Source: an uncultured Gemmatimonadaceae bacterium
GTDB taxonomy: Bacteria > Gemmatimonadota > Gemmatimonadetes > Gemmatimonadales > Gemmatimonadaceae
Length of the DNA stretch: 64,000 nt
Direction: 5' to 3'
Assembly: GCA_963817955.1 (NCBI GenBank)
Contig: CAWFQK010000002.1
Span: 256,001-320,000 of the forward strand
Position 1 is the first letter of the stretch; each line of letters opens with the position of its first letter. Of the stretch, positions 54,135 to 63,098 are shown in pieces. The notes below the pieces were generated by a model that saw nothing but the letters and a program-made list of their open reading frames with translations, had not been told where the DNA came from and did no database searches. The position numbers and the translations under genes are program-made.

Positions 54135-56156
54135 ATGCCTCGCCAGTGGTTGATCCCTCTCGTGATTTCCTCGCTGGCCGCGCCCCCCCTCGCGGCGCAG
54201 CAGCCCGCCCGTCGCGATTCCGTGCGCGCCGACTCCTCCCGCCACACCGCGGCGCTCAAGGCAGTCCAGATCGTCGCCGCGCCCGCGGACCGTGCCGAAC
54301 CGGTGAGCGCGACGCACGTCTCGGAACTCACCATCCGACTGACCCCGGCCCAGAACACCTGGGACCTCCTCCGGCAGACCGCCGGCGTCGAGGTGCACGA
54401 GCAGAGCCAGGGGCCCGGCTTTGCCTCCGACGCCTCGGTGCGCGGCTTCAGCTCGGACCACTCCACCGATCTCGCCCTCTGGGTAGACGGCGTGCCGATC
54501 AACGAGCCGATCAACGGCCACGCCGAGGGCTACAACGACTGGAACGTCATCTTCCCTGGGGGCATTCAGGACATCGACGTAATAAAGGGGCCGACAAGCG
54601 CCCTGTTCGGCAACTTCGCCCTGGCCGGCGTCGTCAACGTGCGCACCCTCGAGCGCATGACGGGCACCGAGCTCACGGCCACCGCCGGCTCGTTCGGCCG
54701 GGCCGACGCAATGCTCATGACCGGCTTCGACCACGGTGCAGTGGGCGGCGGCGTCTTTGGCGTGCACGTGCAACGGGAAGACGGCTGGCGGCCGAACTCC
54801 GCCTACGACCTCGGCCACATGCACGCGCGCGTGGTGCACGACCTCTCGCCGGCCGCGCGCATCGACTTGGCGGTCGAGGGCTACGCCTCAGGCTGGAACT
54901 CGCCGGGATATCTGAGCGAAAATGAATTCGCCGCCCGCGAGTACGACATCGTCTCCAACCCCAGCGATGGCGGCTTCCGCCGCCGCGCCCAGGAGCGGGC
55001 GAGCCTGCGAGCGCTCTCCGGCACCACGCTCTGGCGCACGACGGTCTATTCCACTCACAGCCTCTGGCAGCTCTTCCTCACCATTCCGCCGGCCGGCGGG
55101 CGATTCGAGGGCACCGGCAGCCAGACCGAGGAAGACGACAGTCGGTACGCCTACGGTGTCACCAGCGCGATGACGAGGCTGCTGCCGAATGGGGATTGGA
55201 CGATCGGCGCCGAGGGACGCTTCGACCACAGCCACTACCAGAACTGGTTCACGACCGCGCGGGCGCGTGACTCAGTGGCTGAGCGCCTGTTCGCGGGACA
55301 GCTTGCGGGCGCCCTGTTCGTGCAGGCGCACAGCGACGTCCTCCCGCGCCTTCGCCTCGATGCCGGCGCCCGAGTCGACGCAATTGGCACCCGGAGCTTG
55401 CCGGACAGCACTGGCGCCGTCTGGAACAACGGAAGCCATGCAGTGGTCACGCCAAAACTCGGCGCGCTTCTCCGCCTGACCAGCGAGCTCGGGTTGTTCG
55501 CGAACGGCTCGCGCGGCTTCCGCTCCACCGACGGCGTGATCGCGAATCCCGCGCTGCCGTTCATCACGGAGTGGGCGTACGAGTCCGGGCTCAAGTTCGA
55601 TCGTGGCCCAGCGAACGCGACCGCGACGCTCTTCCGCATGAACGTGAGCAACGAGCAGACATTCAACCCCGTGACACTGCAGTCCACCAACGGCGGCCGG
55701 AGCCGGCGGCAGGGGCTCGAGATCGAGTGGCACACGCCGCTCGCGTCGCGGCTCGCGCTGTCGGGCAACTGGACGTTCCTCGACGCGAGATATACGCAGC
55801 AGACGCTCGCGTCAGAGGACCCGAGCGCGCCGCCGATCGTGCTCAATGGGGTCCGCGTCTACAACACGGCACAGTACGTCGGCGACGTGGCGATGGAATT
55901 CGTTCCGGCGCACGCGTGGCGACTCCGCGTGAGCGGGAACTTCGTGGGCCCGTACTCGCCCTTTGACGAGCCTGGTGTCGTGCTCGCGCCGTACGGATTG
56001 CTGCACGTTGGCGGCTCGGTGATGCTGCGCGGGACGGAGCTCGACTTCGGGATCCGGAACATGCTCGATCGCGCCTATCCGGAGCTCGTGGCGGGCCACA
56101 TCGTCGCGCCGGGGCAGCCCCGCTCGATCTTCCTCAGCGCACGGCACACACTCTGA
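54135..56156 (+). CDS. TonB-dependent receptor
   Basis: Signal peptide; plug motif VRGF..VDGVPIN..IDVIKGPTSALFGNFALAGVVN; C-terminal NMLDRAY..PGQPRS. Confidence 0.92.
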   Translation: MPRQWLIPLVISSLAAPPLAAQQPARRDSVRADSSRHTAALKAVQIVAAPADRAEPVSATHVSELTIRLTPAQNTWDLLRQTAGVEVHEQSQGPGFASDASVRGFSSDHSTDLALWVDGVPINEPINGHAEGYNDWNVIFPGGIQDIDVIKGPTSALFGNFALAGVVNVRTLERMTGTELTATAGSFGRADAMLMTGFDHGAVGGGVFGVHVQREDGWRPNSAYDLGHMHARVVHDLSPAARIDLAVEGYASGWNSPGYLSENEFAAREYDIVSNPSDGGFRRRAQERASLRALSGTTLWRTTVYSTHSLWQLFLTIPPAGGRFEGTGSQTEEDDSRYAYGVTSAMTRLLPNGDWTIGAEGRFDHSHYQNWFTTARARDSVAERLFAGQLAGALFVQAHSDVLPRLRLDAGARVDAIGTRSLPDSTGAVWNNGSHAVVTPKLGALLRLTSELGLFANGSRGFRSTDGVIANPALPFITEWAYESGLKFDRGPANATATLFRMNVSNEQTFNPVTLQSTNGGRSRRQGLEIEWHTPLASRLALSGNWTFLDARYTQQTLASEDPSAPPIVLNGVRVYNTAQYVGDVAMEFVPAHAWRLRVSGNFVGPYSPFDEPGVVLAPYGLLHVGGSVMLRGTELDFGIRNMLDRAYPELVAGHIVAPGQPRSIFLSARHTL

Positions 56157-56202
56157 GGGCGCGCACGCTGGTGGAGGGTGCGGGGATTGGAATTGCCGCC
56201 AG

Positions 56203-56670
56203 CTACCGCGCCAGCCTGAAGTTGGCGTAACTCTTTTCGGCAGTCACCTCGCGAACCAGCACCGATTCTATGAAATCGGGCAACTCGACGTGCTGGTTTA
56301 CGTGCTCGAGCTCCAGCTCGGCAAGCACCAGATCGCGATCAAGGAACTCGTCAACTTCCCAAACGCCGTCGGCCACCGGCATCAGGTAGCGCCGCTTGCG
56401 GACGCGTTTGCCGAGCGTGAGCGGCCAGACGGTGTCGAAGAACACGCGCGTCGTCTCTTCCTCGATCTCGATGCGCTCGAGGCCCGCCCCCATCTTGATC
56501 GTGCGGTAGTATCGAACGGCGCTCCCCTCCACCGTCCGCCTGATGCGCTCGCGAATGCGCGTTCCCGGCAGATAGCCCTGGTCCACCTCGAGCCGGCGCG
56601 CGCCCACGACGGCGGCCGGCAGGCCGGACAACAGATACTTGCGCTCGATCTCGCGGTCGTTGTGAGCCAC
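56203..56670 (-). CDS. CYTH domain protein
   Basis: EIERKYL, QGYL, RIR, KRRY, WEVDEF, LAELEL, EVT..YAN. Confidence 0.92.
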   Translation of the reverse strand: MAHNDREIERKYLLSGLPAAVVGARRLEVDQGYLPGTRIRERIRRTVEGSAVRYYRTIKMGAGLERIEIEEETTRVFFDTVWPLTLGKRVRKRRYLMPVADGVWEVDEFLDRDLVLAELELEHVNQHVELPDFIESVLVREVTAEKSYANFRLAR

Positions 56671-56749
56671 AGCGGATACTACGCCACTGTCCGAACGGAC
56701 TCAACGGGCTGAACGTCCGGCACTCCCCTTGCCACCGAAGTGTCCGCCC

Positions 56750-57637
56750 ATGCCCACCCACGTGATTCAATACACCGAAGCACGGTACGCCGCGGCGCTC
56801 GATGCCCTGCACGTGCGTTTCGACAGCCTCGAGCGCAAATCCGGCGCGCGCGCGCTGTCCGTGGCCGTATACGACACCGAGACGTGCGCCTGCTTTCGCC
56901 GGCACGCCGACCGCTGGTTCCACGCGGCCAGCACGATCAAAGTGGCCATTCTGCTCGGCGTCTACGCGTCCATTCACCACGGCTGGCTGCTGCCCCATTC
57001 GCGGCTGCACGTACGCAACCGGTTTCTCAGCGCTGCGGACGGGCGGCCATTCCGCGTCCTGGCGGATCGCGACGCGAACGCGGCCGTGCACGATGCTGTT
57101 GGCAAGATGCTACGAATTTCCGATCTGGCGCTGCACATGATCACGACGAGCAGCAATCTGGCAACGAACCTGTTGCTGGATCTCATCGGATTGGATTCGG
57201 TCCAGCGCGGTCTCGACGAACTGCACGTGGACGGGATCGACATTCGGCGCGGCGTGGAGGACGAACGCGCCTTCGAGCAGGGCATCAACAACCGAGTCAC
57301 CGCCGACGGACTGGTGCAGCTGCTACGGCTCATCGCGGAGGAGCGCGCGTTCTCTCCGGATCTGTCGCGCGAGATGCTCGACATCTTGCATCGCCAGGAG
57401 TTTCGCAACGGCATTCCGGCCCGGTTGCCGCCAGCCGTGCGCGTGGCTCACAAAACAGGCGATATCTCGACGGTCGCCCACGATGCCGGTGTCGTGTATC
57501 CACCCGGACGCAAACCCTACGTCATCGCGATCCTCACTGAATGGTCGCCCGATGCGGCTGGACGTTCGGCGACGATCGCCGAGGTCTCGCACGCAGTGTA
57601 TGAAGCGCTCACGGCGACGGCGGCGACTGATGGGTGA
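56750..57637 (+). CDS. Serine hydrolase, class A beta-lactamase-like
   Basis: SxxK (AASTIK), SxN (SSN), HKTG; no signal peptide. Confidence 0.9.
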   Translation: MPTHVIQYTEARYAAALDALHVRFDSLERKSGARALSVAVYDTETCACFRRHADRWFHAASTIKVAILLGVYASIHHGWLLPHSRLHVRNRFLSAADGRPFRVLADRDANAAVHDAVGKMLRISDLALHMITTSSNLATNLLLDLIGLDSVQRGLDELHVDGIDIRRGVEDERAFEQGINNRVTADGLVQLLRLIAEERAFSPDLSREMLDILHRQEFRNGIPARLPPAVRVAHKTGDISTVAHDAGVVYPPGRKPYVIAILTEWSPDAAGRSATIAEVSHAVYEALTATAATDG

Positions 57638-58262
57638 ATCCTACCGGTTTCCGCTGCGTCTCATCGATGGACTGCGGCTCGAGAAGCCGCTGCGCGACGC
57701 ACTGCTCCCCGGTCGTGTGGTCCACGACGATAATGGAAATCCGCGCCAGCTCCCGCGCTACTTCTACGAGGTGCCGTCCTGGGAGCATGCCATGGCCACG
57801 CAGCTCGCTCCCAGCTTCTCGCTCTGGGAATTCATCCAGACAGATGTACGTGAGGCAGCGCCGCTTCGGGCGTTTCCGCGATATGTGCCCTGTGCCATCA
57901 CGCTGCTCGCCCTGTCGCTGGAACGCTTTCGCGAGTCCGTGGGCACGTTCGTACACATTGCGGCGAACGGCGGCTACCGTTCACCGCAGCATGCGCAAAG
58001 CATCAACGCGTCGACGCATTGCTGGGGCACGGCGGTAAACATTTACCGGATCGGCGACGTGTTCCTCGACGATCGTGAGGCCATCGAGCGCTACGCCGCA
58101 CTCGCACGCCAGGCATTGCCGGGAGTGTGGACACGGCCGTACGGCACGAGCCGCGGCGAAACGGACGATCATCTGCATCTCGACTTCGGCTACGTGCTGT
58201 CGCTGCCGCACGATGCGCCGAACCAGATGCTCACGGTCGACGCCGAGTGGCGGGCATCATGA
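57630..58262 (+). CDS. Peptidase M15 / Hedgehog-DD-peptidase-like protein
   Basis: SFSLWEF, GGYRSPQH, STHCWGTAVNI, DHLHLD; 8-nt overlap with upstream gene. Confidence 0.7.
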   Translation: MGESYRFPLRLIDGLRLEKPLRDALLPGRVVHDDNGNPRQLPRYFYEVPSWEHAMATQLAPSFSLWEFIQTDVREAAPLRAFPRYVPCAITLLALSLERFRESVGTFVHIAANGGYRSPQHAQSINASTHCWGTAVNIYRIGDVFLDDREAIERYAALARQALPGVWTRPYGTSRGETDDHLHLDFGYVLSLPHDAPNQMLTVDAEWRAS

Positions 58263-59542
58263 CCACCATGCACCACGCCGCCAAAGCGAAATCGGACGAC
58301 GCGCGCGTGCGCCGCTCGACCACCGCGCGTGCCGCCATGGGGCTCGAGGCGGAATTCGCCGTCATGATGGACGGACGCCAGGTGAGGCCGGAAGACATCT
58401 TTGGCAGTCCCACGAACATCGTGCGTGTGCCGATGATGCATCGCACCGGTCGGTCGTATCATTTGCCGACCGGGGGAGCCGTGTACTTCGATACAGGCGT
58501 GATCGAGATCGCCACGCCGGTCATCGAGTTGGAATCGGGCTGCGCGGCACGCGCCGGCCGTTCGCTGTGGGAGAGCATTCGCTTCTTGCGCGACGAGCTC
58601 GACGCATGGGAGCAACGAGAGCTCCACAGCATCCACCTGGCCGGCTTCAGTACGCACTACAATGTTTCATTCGAGTTACCGGAGTCGGAGCGCGGCACAA
58701 GCCGAACCGTAGAGAAGCTGGCACTCCTGCTGACGCACATTCTGCCGATGCCCGTCATGCTGCTCGCCGCTAATCGCCGGTCCACGGGCATTGGGGTACG
58801 GCCGCGCGTGAATCGCATCGAGGTGACCGCCGACTTCACTCCCGACGCCGCGCTGATGATCGCCACGGCGACGCTCATCGTTGGCGTCGCTCGTGCCGTG
58901 ATGACATGGCCGTCGTTCGAGCTGAGCGGGCTCGACGAACATGATCTTCCGCTCGTGCGCGACTTTGCGCCGCTGCCGCACGGCTCGCGCACTGGCTGGG
59001 TGGCAAAGGACTCGTCGTTCCTCGAGAATCCGTTCGCCGCGGACGTGGACGAATCCATCTGGCCGACGCGTACGGGCGAGACGTTGACGCTGCGCGACAT
59101 CGCCGCACGCATCACCCGCTACTTCTGGTCGTCGATCACGAACATTGGCGACGCCCGCACCCTGCAACTCATCGCCGGCGTCATGAGCGGTCGTTCGCCG
59201 TCGCTGCTCGAGTTGGACGATCGCCCCCCGGCGTACGAGAGCGTGGGACGTCTGTGCACCTGGACCGATCTCTTCCCCGTGCACGCCCTGCCCCGCTCGC
59301 GCTACGAGCGCGTGTTCATCCGCGCCATCTCCCGTCGCAAGCTGCGTATCGGCCAGGACTGGTACACGCCCATCAGCATGCGCGGCTGGGCGCACGTGGT
59401 CTTCCGCCGCGATCGCGACCAAACGCGGCACGTCTTCTCACTCGACGCGCTGCTCGGCCATCTGGATGACTGGGATCTCGGGCCGGCAACCGAACGGAAG
59501 ATCAGGACGAGGCTACGGAGGGTAGTAGAGCAGCACCGGTAG
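58259..59542 (+). CDS. PafA/Dop-like (glutamate-cysteine ligase fold) carboxylate-amine ligase homologue
   Basis: MGLEAEF (GhExE), LPTGGAVYFDTGVIEIATP, GFSTHYNVS, RIEV; ATGA overlap with the M15-like gene. Confidence 0.65.
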   Translation: MTTMHHAAKAKSDDARVRRSTTARAAMGLEAEFAVMMDGRQVRPEDIFGSPTNIVRVPMMHRTGRSYHLPTGGAVYFDTGVIEIATPVIELESGCAARAGRSLWESIRFLRDELDAWEQRELHSIHLAGFSTHYNVSFELPESERGTSRTVEKLALLLTHILPMPVMLLAANRRSTGIGVRPRVNRIEVTADFTPDAALMIATATLIVGVARAVMTWPSFELSGLDEHDLPLVRDFAPLPHGSRTGWVAKDSSFLENPFAADVDESIWPTRTGETLTLRDIAARITRYFWSSITNIGDARTLQLIAGVMSGRSPSLLELDDRPPAYESVGRLCTWTDLFPVHALPRSRYERVFIRAISRRKLRIGQDWYTPISMRGWAHVVFRRDRDQTRHVFSLDALLGHLDDWDLGPATERKIRTRLRRVVEQHR

Positions 59543-59564
59543 TGCTACGGGACACGGGATGCCT

Positions 59565-60239
59565 GTCATCCTGAGCGGGGCGAAGGATCTCGGTGAACGG
59601 CGCAACAGCTCTTGAACGCAGAGGGCGCAGAGAACTGCAAAAGAGAACTGCAAAAGAGAACTGCAAAAGAGACGCTAGAGGCGATTCGCCACGCGGATGA
59701 TCCCATCTTTCAACTGCGCAACCTGGAAGTTGATCAACAGGCCAACCTGCCGATTGCTCAGTTTGAGTTGGGACAGCAGTTGGGCTTTGTGGACCGGCAG
59801 AATCTTCGCGGCCGCCTTGACCTCGACAATGACACATTCCTCGACCAGCAGATCTATCCGATAGGCCAGGTCGAGCTCGACACCCTCGTACACGAGGGGC
59901 ATCGGAACCTCGCTGCGCACGCTCAGCCCGCGTTTCCGCAGCTCGTGCGCGAGGCAGACGTGGTACGCGCGCTCCAGCAATCCAGGACCCAATGCGGAAT
60001 GAACCTTGATTGCCGAGTCCACAATCATTCCGCTCACCTCGTTGATGATCACGACATAGGCGATACCATCCGAGCGTCACGTGGGCGTCATCCAAGGCTT
60101 CCAGGCGAGACGATACTTCATGGTCCTCTGCGTTTCTCTTTGCAGTCTCTTTGCAGTTCTCTTTTGCAGTTCTCTGCGTCCTCTGCGTTCAAAAGCTGTT
60201 GCGCCGTTCACAGAGATCCTTCGCTCCGCTCAGGATGAC
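59565..60239. repeat. ~110-bp inverted repeats flanking the GxxExxY gene
   Basis: 59565-~59674 GTCATCCTGAGCGGGGCGAAGGATCTCGGTGAACGGCGCAACAGC..(AGAACTGCAAAAG)n versus its near reverse complement at ~60129-60239. Confidence 0.9.
59675..60052 (-). CDS. GxxExxY protein (PD-(D/E)XK-like)
   Basis: VHSALGPGLLERAY, YRIDLLVE..VIVEVKA, AQLLS.LK, GLLINF. Confidence 0.93.
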   Translation of the reverse strand: MIINEVSGMIVDSAIKVHSALGPGLLERAYHVCLAHELRKRGLSVRSEVPMPLVYEGVELDLAYRIDLLVEECVIVEVKAAAKILPVHKAQLLSQLKLSNRQVGLLINFQVAQLKDGIIRVANRL

Positions 60240-60298
60240 GGGCGCTTCGCTCAGAATGTCCCGTGTCCCGTGTCCCGTGTCCCGCCTCCCCCAATACC

Positions 60299-60901
60299 AT
60301 GTCCCATCTCCTCACCCCCGGCATCGGCATCGACGAGAAGCTGCTGCGTACCGTCGTGGTCTACGGCTTCCTGCTCGCCGGCTTGCGCCTGGCCGGCAAG
60401 CGGGAGCTGTCGCAGCTCAACCCATTCGATCTCGTCGTGCTGCTCTTGCTGTCGAACACTGTGCAGAATGCCATCATCGGCGATGACAATTCTCTCACGG
60501 GTGGACTGGTCGGCGCCGGCGCGCTGCTGGTGCTCAACGCCGTGGTCGTGCGCCTGCTCTACCATTACCACAAGCTCGATGCCATCGAGGGCAAGCCGGA
60601 CACGCTCATTCGCAATGGCCGGCTGCTCCGTCATCACCTGGAGCGCGAGCTCATCACGGTGGCCGAGCTCGAGTCAGCGGCGCGGCGTCAGGGCATCTCG
60701 TCGCTCGCGCACGTGCAGGAATGCCGGCTCGAGACGGGGGGCGCGTTGACGTTCATTCAGCACGAGCCGACCGACGAACAACTCCGACATCACGAAACGA
60801 TTGGCCTGCTCGGCCAGATCGACGCGCGTCAGCGCGCCATCACCGAGCAGCTCGCCGCGCTCGAGCGGAAGATCGCCGGCACAACAGGCACCACCCCCTG
60901 A
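60299..60901 (+). CDS. DUF421 (YetF) family membrane protein
   Basis: LRLAGKRELSQLNPFDLVVLLLLSNTVQNA, EGKP..LI.NG, LETGG. Confidence 0.92.
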   Translation: MSHLLTPGIGIDEKLLRTVVVYGFLLAGLRLAGKRELSQLNPFDLVVLLLLSNTVQNAIIGDDNSLTGGLVGAGALLVLNAVVVRLLYHYHKLDAIEGKPDTLIRNGRLLRHHLERELITVAELESAARRQGISSLAHVQECRLETGGALTFIQHEPTDEQLRHHETIGLLGQIDARQRAITEQLAALERKIAGTTGTTP

Positions 60902-63030
60902 TCGGAGAGTGCCGTCGCCAGCGCGCCGGCGATCGCGGCGCGGAATGCGTGGACCATGCGCGCCCCAGGCTCGGGGGCAAATGGCACCGCGCCCAGGACA
61001 CTATTGGCCCAGTCGGAGCGCATGCCGGCGGGACGGAAGCGTGCACGTCGGGCCGCAATGCCCTCGGCTCGCGCGTCCACTGCGAGCAGCAGGAGCCGCT
61101 CCCGTGCGCGCATCGCCGGGGAGTCACCGGTCATGCACAGTGTGGCCGGCAGTTCCGCGTTCGCCCATCGCGCACCGGGGCCCTCCCATGTGCCCCGCGT
61201 CGAAATCGGCGTCTCGATCACGCGGCGCACGAGCAACATGGGGTCGACCATTGCCGGGTCTGCCCACTGCGACACGAAGCCCTGTCTCGCCGAGTCGGGC
61301 ACGAACGTCATCTCGGCGATTGCCGACAATAACGACTGTGTGCCCGCCGATCCCACCACCGTTGCCGCGCCGGCTGCGTAGCCTCCGAGCACCGCATCCT
61401 GCACCGCCGTGAGGAATCCGTTGGAGCGGCCACTCGCCGCGAGGGTCGTGGCCACGAACCAGTCCACCCCGCGCGCGAACAGCTCGGCCGGCCGGTCGCC
61501 CTCCGGCAACGGGCGCGTGGCGCTGAACGGCCGCAGCAACCGGGCTTCCGCCAATCCGGTCACCGAGCTGGCGAGCAAGCCGCGTCCATCGCGCATTGCC
61601 CAATCGGTGCTATAGCCGCCCGCGGCCGGATACAGCCAGCGCGCCGCCTGCCAATCGAGATCATGCGACAACTCATGCGCAATCGTCCCTCCCGACGTCG
61701 CGATCGACAGCTGCAGGGTGCGCGTGGACGGGTCGTGCATGGCCAACGCGGAATCGCGTAGCCGATCCGCCGTGTACCGCACTCGCAAGCCGTTCACGGA
61801 CAATCCAGGGAACACCTGCCGCATGTCGCCCAGCGCTGTCTCGAGCTCTCGGAGGTAATAGGGACGCCAGGCCAACGGCGTCGATCGGGCGAAGGTCACA
61901 CTCGCCAGGCCGAACTCCGCCGACAGGTCGCTCGCCGTTGGCCCTACGTCGCCCACGAACCACGGTTCCTGCTGCGCCAGGGAGCGGAGCGCCACGGCAG
62001 TCGAGAGCACGGCGAGCGCGCTCGCGCGGTGCGCGGAGTCCGTCGGCTGTGCCGTGATCACATTCGCCGCGGCCAGCGTCTCGTCATTCGTGGCGACGAG
62101 AGGCGCCGCGGCGCGGGCGGCGAGCGTCACGACTACCGGTGCCACGGGGGGCTGGTTGGCACCCAGCGTGGCGAGGCGCAGAGCGAAGTACGGACCCATG
62201 ACTGGCCGGTCCGCCCGGACCGGCACGGCCGGGATGGTCACCCGGTCGAGCGTGTCCAGCGCTCGGAGCAGCGCGGGGACAGCGTCAATGGCTTGCGTCT
62301 GTAACTCAGCGGAGAGCGGCAACAGCGGCGGCTGTTCCACGCGCAGGCTGCGGCTGGAACGCCGCGCGGTGGCCAACTGCAAGACATCAGCGTGTTGCTC
62401 GTTCGCGTCGACCAACAAGTCTCTGACATCTGCTTCTGCCTCGACGCGGTCGCGTACGAGCGCCGCCGTCTGCGTGGCGGCGGAGACCGCCGACGTCGCG
62501 AGCTTGCCTTTGCTCGCTTCTAGAGTGTACGCCAGACGCACCGCGAGCTCGCCGGCGCGTGGATCGGACGCGCTGCGCACTGCCTGCTCGATCAGCGCGA
62601 GGTGCGCGGCTCCCACCGAACCATGTCCGTCAGCAGACCACGGTCCGGCGCCGTCGAGCACAACCGGATCGATGACGTACGCATCGCCGCGGCGGGTGCG
62701 CGCCAGGAGCGCCCAGGCGACGCGTGCGCGGGTCGGTGCGTCGAGTCGCGGATCACGCAGCGCTTCATCGGCCAGCGCAAACGGGTCGCGAAGACCCAGG
62801 CGGAGTCGCTCGAGATATCCAAGCGCAATCGTCAGCGCGTCGCCGCGAGCGCCACGCGGACGCGCCGCGCGGGCCAGGACAATGGTGGAGTCGAAGTACG
62901 CGGCCGCGTCGACCAGCTCGCGCACCGCCACCGGACTCACCGCCGGACGCGCCCTCGCCCAGCCGAGCAGCACGGAAATGCCCAGCAGTGCGGCCGTAGT
63001 CAGCATCGAGATCCGACGTACGACATCCAT
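60829..63030 (-). CDS. Large secreted hypothetical protein with zincin-like HExxH motif
   Basis: Signal-like N-terminus; GTIAHELSHDLD followed by PAELFARGV; 73-nt convergent overlap with DUF421. Confidence 0.65.
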   Translation of the reverse strand: MDVVRRISMLTTAALLGISVLLGWARARPAVSPVAVRELVDAAAYFDSTIVLARAARPRGARGDALTIALGYLERLRLGLRDPFALADEALRDPRLDAPTRARVAWALLARTRRGDAYVIDPVVLDGAGPWSADGHGSVGAAHLALIEQAVRSASDPRAGELAVRLAYTLEASKGKLATSAVSAATQTAALVRDRVEAEADVRDLLVDANEQHADVLQLATARRSSRSLRVEQPPLLPLSAELQTQAIDAVPALLRALDTLDRVTIPAVPVRADRPVMGPYFALRLATLGANQPPVAPVVVTLAARAAAPLVATNDETLAAANVITAQPTDSAHRASALAVLSTAVALRSLAQQEPWFVGDVGPTASDLSAEFGLASVTFARSTPLAWRPYYLRELETALGDMRQVFPGLSVNGLRVRYTADRLRDSALAMHDPSTRTLQLSIATSGGTIAHELSHDLDWQAARWLYPAAGGYSTDWAMRDGRGLLASSVTGLAEARLLRPFSATRPLPEGDRPAELFARGVDWFVATTLAASGRSNGFLTAVQDAVLGGYAAGAATVVGSAGTQSLLSAIAEMTFVPDSARQGFVSQWADPAMVDPMLLVRRVIETPISTRGTWEGPGARWANAELPATLCMTGDSPAMRARERLLLLAVDARAEGIAARRARFRPAGMRSDWANSVLGAVPFAPEPGARMVHAFRAAIAGALATALSDQGVVPVVPAIFRSSAASCSVMAR

Positions 63031-63098
63031 AGATGCCTCGTACCCCGCGTCACTTGGGCGGTTGCGGCCACCGCCCAAACGCGGCAATCTTGACTACC

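Noticed and set aside
56750..57637. Bona fide antibiotic-resistance beta-lactamase
   Set aside because: No signal peptide, SSN rather than SDN, and operon context suggest a cytoplasmic serine hydrolase of other function
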